A stretch of DNA of 64,000 bases from Anaeramoeba ignava BMAN. Lineage: Eukaryota; Protista; Anaeramoebae. Position 1 is the stretch's first letter; every line of letters starts with the position of its first letter. The stretch covers positions 186,001-250,000 of the forward strand of contig JAPDFW010000069.1 of the NCBI GenBank assembly GCA_028826165.1, read 5' to 3'. The notes under the pieces are model-generated. The model was given only the letters and a program-made list of their open reading frames with translations. It did not search any database and was not told where the DNA came from. Positions 1-11,319 of this stretch are shown piece by piece. Position numbers and translations under genes: made by a program.

Positions 1-3000
1 TTTGGATGATTCGAAGAGGTTTTTTATCTTCTGCAAAAGAGGAACCAAACAAAACAAAATATTTTCGCTTGATTTGAGAGAGAATTAGTGGCAGAATGGA
101 GAGTTTGTTTGTCAATATCATTAAATGTCTCGAGAATTTTTGTGGACTATTCAGGACATTATCAGGAAGTTTTGCATTTGGGAAGAATCTCTGATCAACA
201 ATGGAAAGCGTGAGATTTTGCTGTATTAGAGATGAAACGCTTATTGCTCTCGGAGGTTTGATTTTGAGGATATCCATAATTTTGGAGTGGAAAATATTGA
301 TAAATTGAGGTTTTGATCCGAAGTTCCGATAAATTACGTTCCAGATCATGTCGGAATTGTTATAAGATATTCTATTTTTGGAGAAATTAAAACCGATCAT
401 TTTGAGATAGTAATAGAAGTCACGAAGACCAAAGTAATTTCTTGCGTGTTGTTCATTTTGTTCGTCTCTTTCTTCAACATTTTCTTGTCCGACTTCGCGG
501 ATTTGCTCTTCGTAGATTAAATTGTAGACTTTAGCAAGTTTATCAGCAAATCTTCTTGGGAAACTCTTGTTGAATGAACGGAGAATCTGCTGTGCAGTTG
601 AAGTCAATTCAGTAGAGTTTGGATCAACTCTTCTCAATAAGATTCCTCTGTTTGTTTGACTTGGATCCAATTTCCAATTTGAGACCGAGAGAACAGATAC
701 TGAGGGTTCATCTTGGTTGTGGATCATGAGCTTGTTTTGTTTCATGAGCTTCTTATCAGCTTTTTCCAATTCGTAATGAAGAACTTTTAATGGGAGATCA
801 GGACTCAATTCAGCAAGTGCAACTTCATCCAATATAACAACACTGAGAACATCTGTGGGATTAAAATGAGACGCATAGCTTCGTGCTCTTTCAAATGTTT
901 TTGTGATCCCTGCTGCTGTTGTTACTGGGGAGCATTGGATGTAAAAGGGTTTCAAGGCAGGAAGTTTCCATTTTGCCAGAAATGTGTTTGCTTTTTGAGG
1001 AGGTTTTAATGTTTGCATTAGGATCTCAACTGAAATGGATTTTGATGAACCTGGTTTACCAACTAGAAACAACGGGATCTGAGTATATGAGCAAAAGAAT
1101 AATAGAAATATGTTTTCTCTCAATGATTGATTCAATGCAACGGTCCAATAGTTATAATCAATTTTCAATCCATTAACCAAAAGACTTTGTGATTCCTCAA
1201 TGATTTTGTATATTACTTCTCCGTTAAAACTCTTTTGGTTTTCTTGTTTTTGTGGGTTTGTGAAGGCGAAAAATTCCTTCTCTATTAATTGAAAGTATTG
1301 AATTCTTAAATCCATGTTAAATCTGCATCCGAAACAAACAAACAAAGATAAGAAAAAAGCATTGATGGTCTTTTCTTGCTCGCTTTGACTATTTATGGGG
1401 ATGAGCAGATCTCCAGCCTTTTCTGTAAGCAACCAATAGAAAACTCTGAGAGCTTTTGATGTGTCTCTTAAGGAAACTGCGCTAAGCTCGTCATTAGAGT
1501 TTTTGCGCAAAAATTCATGCGAACCAAATAGAAGTTTAGAAAAGAATTCCCCCATTTTATTTGGATTTGTAATGATGTCTTTTTGGCGGATCGAGTTGAT
1601 TTCAGTAATTGAATTTTGTACCATTTTGGAGATGTAAGATTTTTCCGAATTTGTGGATAATCTTCCGTACTCAAAAATATCATCAAAAAATGAGTCTGGG
1701 ATCTGATGAACACGATAAACCGCTTGTCTCAATCTCTTCATTTCCTGCTGTCTTTCACCGTAGTCAAACAGTAGTCCTTCATCAGTAAGGAAATCGTCAC
1801 CTTTTTTCCCTTTGCGCAAACGATAAGGATTTGCTGCGCCAACTATATTAATTTCTTCAGAAATGAATCTTCCGTTGATCATTCTGTCTGCAAACAAACC
1901 CTTGAAAATCATTATGCATTTTTTGGGTGCTGTGTTGAATTCATCGAAGAAGATTGTTAAATTTTGGTTTGTTTCTTCTGCAATTTTCTCAGCATCTTCA
2001 ATGAAATGAATAATTTCTTTTCTTTTTGTTTTGCCATGAATTGACAAGATTTTGAGTGGTTGACCCATTACATCTTCGCATAAATACTGGATCAAGGATG
2101 TTTTCCCGCATCCTGTTTCACCGAGAAGAATCACAGGAATTTTTGCGTAGAATCTGTACTGAATGAATATCATCTTTAAGAAGTTATCAGTTGTAAAGGC
2201 ATATTTTGTTTTGTTTTGTTTATGGTCTTCGGCTAATTTCTCAATCGCAGTGTTATTGGGATTCAAGGAGTCAAGAGCGTTGAATGCATCGTAATAATCA
2301 GCAATCTGAGAATCTGGTGGGAGAGATTGGCGGAAATTGATTTTATTCAGCTCGCAAACCTCATGCAATCTTTTATCAAAACAAGCACGCATTTTTTCTT
2401 CGTCTCTTCCAAGAAGATTTATTCCGTTGATTTGCTTAAATTGTCCCATTTGATCCTTTTTTGGCATAACAAGAAGAATCATGAAGAGATCTCGTTTATC
2501 CCACTTGATCACTTTTTCAAACACATGGCAAAGATCTTCTAGCTCTGTTATATCATCATCATAAGAAATAGTTGTCCAGTTAAAAGATCTGCCGATCATT
2601 TTGACTACTGACTTGAGATACGCCTCCATAAAATTAGTTGCGAAAATCATTCCCAATTTTTCGCTTTCAAAAGCAAGACCTGCTGATGTTGGATCAAGAA
2701 ATTCATAGACGGATAAAGGTTTTATATGGGATTTCAGGACTTTCCAGAAGTTGGAGAGTAATCGAAAGGTTATTTTCTCTTCGTTATTGAATTCCAGGAT
2801 GCGCTCTTTGCTCATATTGAAGAATTCTTCAGGATCGACGCTCTTTCTCTGGTCGAATTCATATACTTTTCTTTCTTCAGGTTTCATCCACGAAAGCTCC
2901 GAATTTTCTTTTCGGATCTCGTTGAAAAATTCGAATTTTCCTTTATAGATCCTGAACAGATTGGCAACAGAAACAAGATGGCTGTCCTTCTCCTTTTTGA

Positions 3001-6000
3001 TTGTTGAGTTTCTGGGGATGTATTTATTGAAAGAGAATGTGTTTGGTTTGGCTTTGCACACTTCCTCTTCCAAATATTTCAGAGGAGGGAAAAACTTAAG
3101 ACCTCTTTCTGAGTCGGATGTTCTGTGACTGGGTATCTCGAAAAATAGCATAATATTAAGTGGCAAGTTCCATGCACAGTTATCGAGAGAGAATGATCTC
3201 TTGTTTTCGATTGAGCCCCACATAGAAAGAGTCCAAAGATAATCGGAAACCTCAATTTTTGGCGAGTAAGGAAACTCGATGTGGATATAGAGTATTTCGT
3301 TGGGATGCTCTTGGGAGAATCTGCGGGATGCGTTTGTGAGTTTTTGAATAATTTCGGATTTTTTTTCGGATGTTAATATGATATGTTGATAACCAAAATC
3401 TAAATCTTTGTTTTTTTTGAAGCATGATTTCCTGATTTGGAATGTTTTCCCAGACCCTGCAAATTTGGATGTGTAGACCTTCATTTGCTTTGCAAAAGGA
3501 TTTTCCTTCATAAAATTTTCGGGTTCAAATTCGGAAAATAGTTCGATGTGTTCGTTTTCGATATATCCTGAGCGGAAGGCGTGGATCAAGTTTTTGGTTT
3601 GGAAATCATTTCCTGAGCAGAAAATGATCAGTGGGAATTTTGTTTCAACGGGTATTGAATGGATCTTAGAAATGAGATATGCTTGTTTCTTCTTGGATAA
3701 ACGATTTCCGTGAACGATCGAAAACAAAGAAGGATGTTGTTTGTAATTTGAGTTGTAGAACTCGTATACTTTCAGGAAATGCAGAATATCATCTTCCGTT
3801 GTTTCTTTGTCGCAGATGAGCACTTGCTCTCTCAAAGGGAAGCGATGTGAGAAGACGAAGTAAAACTTGCACACAATGTTGTAAATATCAAGCTCCTTTT
3901 CGCATGAATACACAAATATTTTGGGAACTGTGATTTTACCGCTTTTTTCATTGAATTTTTTGTTCATTGCATTTTCCATTTTAAAAAGATTGCTGCCATC
4001 TGTGAATGCTTCTTCCACTAGCTTATTAGTTCGTTTTTCAAGATCAAAAGAGTTCTGTAAAATATTGTTGAATAAATCAGCATAATTCTGGAAATCGGTT
4101 CGGTTGTTTTTTCTGAGTTGCTCGTACATTTTTTCGAATGTTAATTCTGGGGAGAAAAGCTTCAGAACTTCGCTTATGTTTTGTGTATCTTTTTTGATAC
4201 TCTGGGAGATCTGTGACTTGCTAATGTTTTGGTTTTGCTCGAGTAAGATCTTGAACTTGTGCAAGATGGATAGTATTTGTTCTGTGGAAAAGAAAGAGAG
4301 GTTTGGCAATTTGCAGAAAATTTCATTCAAAACAGTTCGCCATATATTCAAGTTGTGGATCAATTCCTGTTCGAATTCCTCGAGATCTTTTTGGAAATCA
4401 ATATTTTGATTCACAAGGATAACTTTCTGGTAATTTTCTTTGTAGTCGAAATGGGAAATTGATGTGAGTTGTACAAGCAATTCTGAGCATGCTTGGATTT
4501 TCTCAAAAGAAGAGAGAAAATGTTGGATCATCTTATTCATGGTTGAAATTTCCTTAGCCTTTTCTGCATATTGTTCCTGGATTGCCTTTTGCACGCCTTC
4601 GTTCAAATCAAAATCATGGAATATTGAGTAAAGTTCGGTAAAATACTCAAAATCAAATATCTCGTTTTCCTGAATTTTGCATACAAACACTTCCTCTTGG
4701 CGAATGGATGATTTGAATATGAATTGCGATCCATCCTTGAATATTTTGTCGATATTTCGTTTTGCCTTCTTTTCAAACGTTTCTCTTTTTGTCTCAATTA
4801 ATTCCTTAATTTCAGGAAGTATATTGTGGAGTGCTGAAAAATCAATTTTTGGATTTGTCTTGAATTTAATTTCCTCTTGGTTGATGATTCGCAGAAGAAT
4901 GTCCAATGAGCTATAGCTATTTTTCGGATACAAATACGCCTTCATTCTGTTTCTCAAACGGATGAGGTGTTCCACGGCTGTGATATGTCTTCCATCTTCA
5001 GAGATGTCTTGATGGATATCAAAATAGAATGCATCGTCCACATTTTGTGATTTGAGCCAATCAATCAGATCAGTATCGAAAGTTATGTTTTTTGTGATTT
5101 CTTGTTTTTCATTTTCATTATTTTCATTATTTTCATTTATAAGTGGATTATCCTTAAATTTGATTGGGATCAGATCTCGAAAAAAATCAAGAACTTCCGA
5201 TTCAATGAAATTCAATGATTTTTTGATATCATTCAAGAAACTATCTACCATTTTCAGAGTTGATGTATCCCAGTTTTGGAAAATATTGCGAGATATATTG
5301 TGCTCTTTTTGGAACTTGAATTCTTGGCAGAATTTAAGGAATGATAAGAGATTGATTCTTTGCTTTCTCAGATCAATGAATTTCTGAAGAGAAACTTGTA
5401 TTCTGGAATCGTCTTGATCATCTTCTGGAGGGAAATGGTATTTTGGGCTAAAAAATAGGATCTCTTTTTGGATCAAATTTGGGTCATTTTTTAGAGGTAA
5501 GATGGAGTCTAATTGAGAGAAGGTAATCGACCCGTCGCTAATTGAATGATAAATTCCATTCCATTTTGAAGACAAATTGTTGGCGATTTTCTGGTCAATT
5601 AATTTGAAAGAGATCTCTTTGTTTTTGAATTTCTGAATTTGCTCAACCCATAATTTCTGGAAAACTTCAGATGGTTGAAGATTGTAACTCCATTCGAAAA
5701 ATTCGAAGTTTATTCCCAAATTGCCCAAAAACGAGTCAATTTCGCTTAAAAGTACATTGGCATTTTCAATCTCCTTAATTTTGGAAGTGATCTCTTTGAA
5801 ATTCAATTGGATTTTTTCATCTGAGTTTGGCCTTAGATAAAATTCAACAAACGAGTTTAACAAGTGAATTTTTTGAGAAAATTTTTTGAACAGTATTTCG
5901 GCAGCGTTGAAATTCAAACTTTTCTTGGAAATTGATTTGAAAATGTCCAAATACCAGATTCTGTATTTGTTGAATTGATTGAATTCGTGGGGAAAGCATT

Positions 6001-7892
6001 TGCACGAAGCAATTTTTTTGAGGAATTTGGAGATTCCTTTGCTGCAATCTCTGAGCAATTTTGTAAATTGGTTTTGGGTTGAATCAAAGTTTGGGATTAA
6101 GGTTTTGGTCTTTGTAAACCATGAGAACGTTTGAACCAACCGAAAAACTTGGTTGTTTTCATTGAAGTCCTGGATCAAGGCGATGAAACTGGACTCTAAG
6201 TTTAAGTATTTATTGGGTTGAATTCTTGAGAAATCTATCCATTCATTGCATTGTATATCAAACGGGATTGATGTGATGATACTTGGGTTATCCAAAATGA
6301 TAACTTTTGTCAGTTTTTTTGTAATTTTCGCTGATCCATTCTGATATTTTTTTTTCGATACCTTCTGGTAATTCCTTGATTTTCGAGATGATTGATGCAT
6401 CTGAAACAAGAAGTAAATTTTTGGAATATTCGTTTTTGGGAATGCAGTTCTGGTTTTCGAAATTGTGAAGTAAAAGTTCGGAGAGAGTGGGCATGATATC
6501 TATAAATTTAGGTCTTTTGGATTCATCTAATTGCTCTCCTTTTAGCACCCTTTGTGAGAAGGTTTTGCTTAATTCATGAGTAATGCCTTTCATTTTTTGT
6601 GAATAAGTATTTAATTGTTTATAAAAATTTGTCCAAAAATTGAAAAAATATGAGAGATCTTGAAATTGTGTCTCATCAATCATTTGGAATACATGCTTAT
6701 CAGATAAAGCCTTCACTAACTTTTCCACCATATTTTTGCCTTCTGGAAAGACTATATGAATGAGGAAATTTTGCCAAGCTTTTTCTTCAGTGAATTTTTG
6801 TCCAAAAATATCTTGGCAAAGTGCTTCCTTTATGAAAGATCTGAGACTCGAATCTGATACAGCAACATTAAACAGCATTTCGGTTTCTTTCGCAATATTA
6901 CTGTTTGTTAATGCATTTTTGAAGTTGAATTTGATCTTGAGCTTTTTGATGATTATATAATAACGCACAAACTTAACGATATCTTTTTTTTTGGGTTTCT
7001 TTGCGGTTTCGCTGAAAAAGTATCTAAAATTTGTTTGGACATCCCTGCAAAGCGCATCGTTTTGCTTGGCAATTTTTAGCGCTGTTCGTGTTGTTATCAA
7101 TATTTGAGATTCTGTTGTTTCCTTGGGAAATAACAAGGAAGTTGCATTTTCCATGTCAAAAAATTGTTTTGGTATTGATAACAGAATAAATCTTTGTTCA
7201 GGACTGAAAACTTGGGATTGACGCTCTTTAAGCCATTGGTTATATTCATCTGGTTTGATTTTTGATTTCGAGAATAGTTTCAAAACAATTTCTGATGTTT
7301 TTATGATTGAGTTTATTTTTTTTTCAGTTTTCAATTCATAGTTTATTTGTTTTTGAGAATCTGGATCTGAATCGAAATTTACATCTACATCTGAATCTGA
7401 ATCTGAATCTGAATCTTTTTCTTTTTCTTTTTCTTTTTCTTTTTCTTCTTTTTCTTCTTCAAGTTGAAATAAAATGCAATCAAGAAATTTCAACATGCTT
7501 TTTGAATCAATTGATTTAGAAGATGAATTTATATGAAACTGCAAAAATGTAATTATATTCTTTGAGTCACCAGTTTCTTCTTTGATAATTTTGATTTGAG
7601 AAGAAATTTGTGTATCACTTTTTTTTGTGTTTTGATTTTGTCTTTTTTTTCTTGATTGTTTTTCTTTTATGGAAATTTGAGCTGATAATTTTGAATTATT
7701 TTTAAATAATTCAAAATTTGGAATTTCAATAAACCAAATAGTTTTATCTTTATTAAGAGGTTTTAATGTGTTTTTTATTTTCTGTATTTTTTGTATTTTT
7801 GGAAATTCAATGAAAACATTAGAACGTTGTGTTTGAAGTTTTTTAGTTTTTTCTTTATCAAATAATAAGTAAATTATAAGATTAAGAGTCAT
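1..7892 (-). CDS. RNF213: RNF213/mysterin-like giant AAA+ ATPase, 3' end outside window; one apparent +1 frameshift near 6314-6320
   Basis: Manual translation gives an uninterrupted frame from about 6320 to 1 (not in the ORF track because it has no stop in the window). Motifs collinear with RNF213: FPLREQVLICDKETT, VYTSKFAGSGKT (about 3450), YAFTTDNFLKMIFIQYRFYAKIPVILLGETGCGKT (about 2100-2200), FFDEFN, AANPYR, AVSLRD, IPLFLVGKPGSSKS (about 1040-1078), ILDEVALAELSPDLPLKVLH, SNWKLDP, YFGLRDFY. ORF 6288-7892 joins this frame if one A is removed from an A7 run. Confidence 0.9.
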
Positions 7893-10290
7893 TGTTATTA
7901 TTTTTTTAAAATAAAAAAAAAGGAAAAAAATGAATTTAAAAAAAGGAAAAAATATAAATTAAAAAAAAGGAAAATATTAAAAAAAAGGAAAATATAAATT
8001 AAAAAAAAGAAAATATAAATTAAAAAAAGGAAAATATAAATTAAAAGAAGTGGAATTGAAAATATAAATTAAAAAAGGAAAATATAAATTAAAAATGTGT
8101 AATTGAAAATATAAATTAAAAAAAGTGGAATTGAAAATAATAAAAAAAGTGGAATTGAAAATATAAATTAAAAAAAGTGGAATTGAAAATAATAAATTAA
8201 AAAAGGAAAATATAATAAAAAAAAAGAATTGAAAATAATAAAAAAGGAATTGAAAATATAAATTAAAAAAAAGTGGAATTGAAAATAATAAAAAAGGAAT
8301 TGAAAATATAAATTAAAAAAAAGGAATTGAAAATATAAATTAAAAAAGGAAAATATAAATAATAAAAGTGGAATTGAAAATATAAATTAAAAAAGTGGAA
8401 TTGAAAATATAAATTAAAAAAAGTGGAATTGAAAATATAAATTAAAAAAAATGGAATTGAAAATATAAATTAAAAAAGTGGAATTGAAAATAATAAAAAA
8501 ATGGAATTGAAAATAATAAAAGTGGAATTGAAAATATAAATTAAAAGAAGGAATTGAAAATATAAATTAAAAAAAGTGGAATTGAAAATAATAAAAGTGG
8601 AATTGAAAATATAAATTAAAAAAAGTGGAATTGAAAATATAAATTAAAAAATGAATTGAAAATAATAAAAAAGTGGAATTGAAAATAATAAAAAAGGAAT
8701 TGAAAATAATAAAAGTGGAATTGAAAATATAAATTAAAAAAGTGGAATTGAAAATATAAATTAAAAAAGTGGAATTGAAAATATAAATTAAAAGAGAATT
8801 GAAAATATAAATTAAAAAAAGGAAAATGTAAATTAAAAAAAGTGGAATTGAAAATATAAATTAAAAAAAGTGGAATTGAAAATAATAAAAAAGGAATTGA
8901 AAATATAAATTAAAAAAGTGGAATTGAAAATAATAAAAAAGGAATTGAAAATATAAATTAAAAAAATTGAATTGAAAATAATAAAAAAATGGAATTGAAA
9001 ATAATAAAAATGGAATTGAAAATAATAAAAGTGGAATTGAAAATATAAATTAAAAAAGAAAAAATATAAATTAAAAAAATGGAATTGAAAATATAAATTA
9101 AAAAAGTGGAATTGAAAATATAAATTAAAAGAGAATTGAAAATAATAAAAAAAGGAATTGAAAATAATAAAAAAAGTGGAATTGAAAATATAAATTAAAA
9201 AATGGAATTGAAAATATAAATTAAAAAAATGGAATTGAAAATATAAATTAAAAAAAGTGGAATTGAAAATAATAAATTAAAAAAAAGGAATTGAAAATAA
9301 TAATAAAAAAATGGAATTGAAAATAATAAAAAAGGAATTGAAAATAATAAATTAAAAAAAAGGAATTGAAAATATAAATTAAAAAAATGGAATTGAAAAT
9401 AATAAAAAAGTGGAATTGAAAATAATAAAAAAAGAATTGAAAAAATATAAATTAAAAAAAAGAATTGAAAATATAAATTAAAAGAATTGAAAATGTAAAT
9501 TAAAAAAATGGAATTGAAAATATAAATTAAAAAAATGAATTGAAAATATAAATTAAAAAAAGTGGAATTGAAAATATAAATTAAAAAAGTGGAATTGAAA
9601 ATAATAAATTAAAAAAAGTGGAATTGAAAATAATAAAAAAGGAATTGAAAATATAAATTAAAAGAGAATTGAAAATATAAATTAAAAAAGGAAAATATAA
9701 ATTAAAAAAGGAATTGAAAATATAAATTAAAAAAAGTGGAATTGAAAATAATAAAAAAGTGGAATTGAAAATAATAAAAAAAGAAATTGAAAATATAAAT
9801 TAAAAAAAGAATTGAAAATATAAATTAAAAAAATGGAATTGAAAATATAAATTAAAAAAAGTGGAATTGAAAATAATAAAAAAAGGAATTGAAAATAATA
9901 AAAAAGGAATTGAAAATATAAATTAAAAAAAGTGGAATTGAAAATAATAAAAAAAGAATTGAAAATATAAATTAAAAAATGGAATTGAAAATATAAATTA
10001 AAAAAAGTGGAATTGAAAATATAAATTAAAAAAAGTGGAATTGAAAATATAAGTTAAAAAAAAGAATTGAAAATATAAATTAAAAAAGTGGAATTGAAAA
10101 TAATAAAAATGGAATTGAAAATAATAAAAATGGAATTGAAAATATTAAAAAATTGAAAATATAAATTAGTGGAATTGAAAATAATAAAAATGGAAAATAT
10201 AAATTAAAAAGAATTGAAAATATAAATTTTTGAAAATATTTAAAAAGGAATTGAAAATATAAATTAAAAAATAAATAAAAATTTTTAATT
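7893..10290. repeat. 2.4-kb minisatellite, units of about 20-29 bp (consensus AAAAGTGGAATTGAAAATATAAATTAA)
   Basis: Dozens of imperfect copies of a GGAATTGAAAAT core with variable A-tracts; no C on the + strand from 7891 to 10293. Confidence 0.95.
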
Positions 10291-10534
10291 TTACTCCGGC
10301 TTTTTATTTTATTTTTCTATTTAAATTCTCCTTTTAATTTTTGAAGGCAAATAGATTTAAAAATTTTTAATTAAAAAAAAAATAAAAAATCATTTTCCAT
10401 TTTTTCATTTTCTATTTTCTTTTTATTTTCTTTATATTTTTTATTTTTTATCCTTTTACCCTTTTTTATTTTTAAATCCCTTTTACAAATAATTTATTCT
10501 TTAAAAAATAAAAATAAAAATAAAAAATTTAAAA

Positions 10535-11023
10535 ATGATTTTTATTGAAACTGATTTAATTCCACAAGAAGAACAATTTGAAGAAATTGAACAACAAGAA
10601 ATTGAAGAAGAATTTGATTCTGATTTTCTTGATCAATTAGATTTTAGTTCACTTTCATTAACAACAAAACCACGAATGGTTTCACCACAACCATCAAAAA
10701 ATGTTTCTTTTTTCAGGTAAATTAAAAAAATTAAAATTAAAATTAAAATTAAAAATTAAAAATTAAAAATTTTCTTCTTTTACAAATTTACCATTTTTTA
10801 ATTATTTATTTTTATTTATTTTTTTATTTAATTTTATTTTATTTTTTTTAGTTCAATTGATCCTGACCAATTTAATAATAATTCACATCTTTTATCAATT
10901 ACTCCTCCAGAAAGATCTTTTAATCCTTTAATAATGGATTATCATTTTAAAAATCATTTTCATAATAAATTTTCAAATAGAAATGATTTACAAAAATTTT
11001 CAGTTACTTCTTTCGTCAATTAA
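10535..11023 (+). CDS. Small acidic protein with PPxRxxNPLxxDxxF motif, two exons
   Basis: Exon 10535-10716, GT-AG intron 10717-10851, exon 10852-11023 join in frame (...VSFFS/SIDPDQF...ITPPERSFNPLIMDYHF...SFVN*). Confidence 0.7.
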
Positions 11024-11319
11024 ATTTCAATTTGATTTCTTTGATCTTTTTTACCTTCTTTCCTTTTGTTATTTTTATATTTTTTTTCTTTTCCTTTTTC
11101 TTTTTTTTTTTGTGTAATTGTTTTATAAAAATTTAAACACAAAAAAAAGTTGTTTTCAAAAATTTTTTTTTTTATTAAATAAAATAAAGAAAATCAAAAG
11201 ACAACAAATCAAAAAAAATTTATTTTACTATTTTTATTCTTATTTTGTTCTTAATTTATTTGCTATTTTTGTTCTTATTTTCCTATTTTCCTATTTTTTA
11301 ATTAAATTTTTTATTTATT

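Noticed and set aside
919-5387. Short + strand ORFs
   Set aside because: Antisense shadows of the RNF213-like frame.
1-6320. Possible intein in the AAA modules
   Set aside because: Motifs are collinear with RNF213 with no large insertion or C...HN boundaries; none was seen in the other AAA gene either.
7893-10290. CRISPR-like array
   Set aside because: No unique spacers; linkers are low-complexity A-tracts; eukaryotic context without cas genes.
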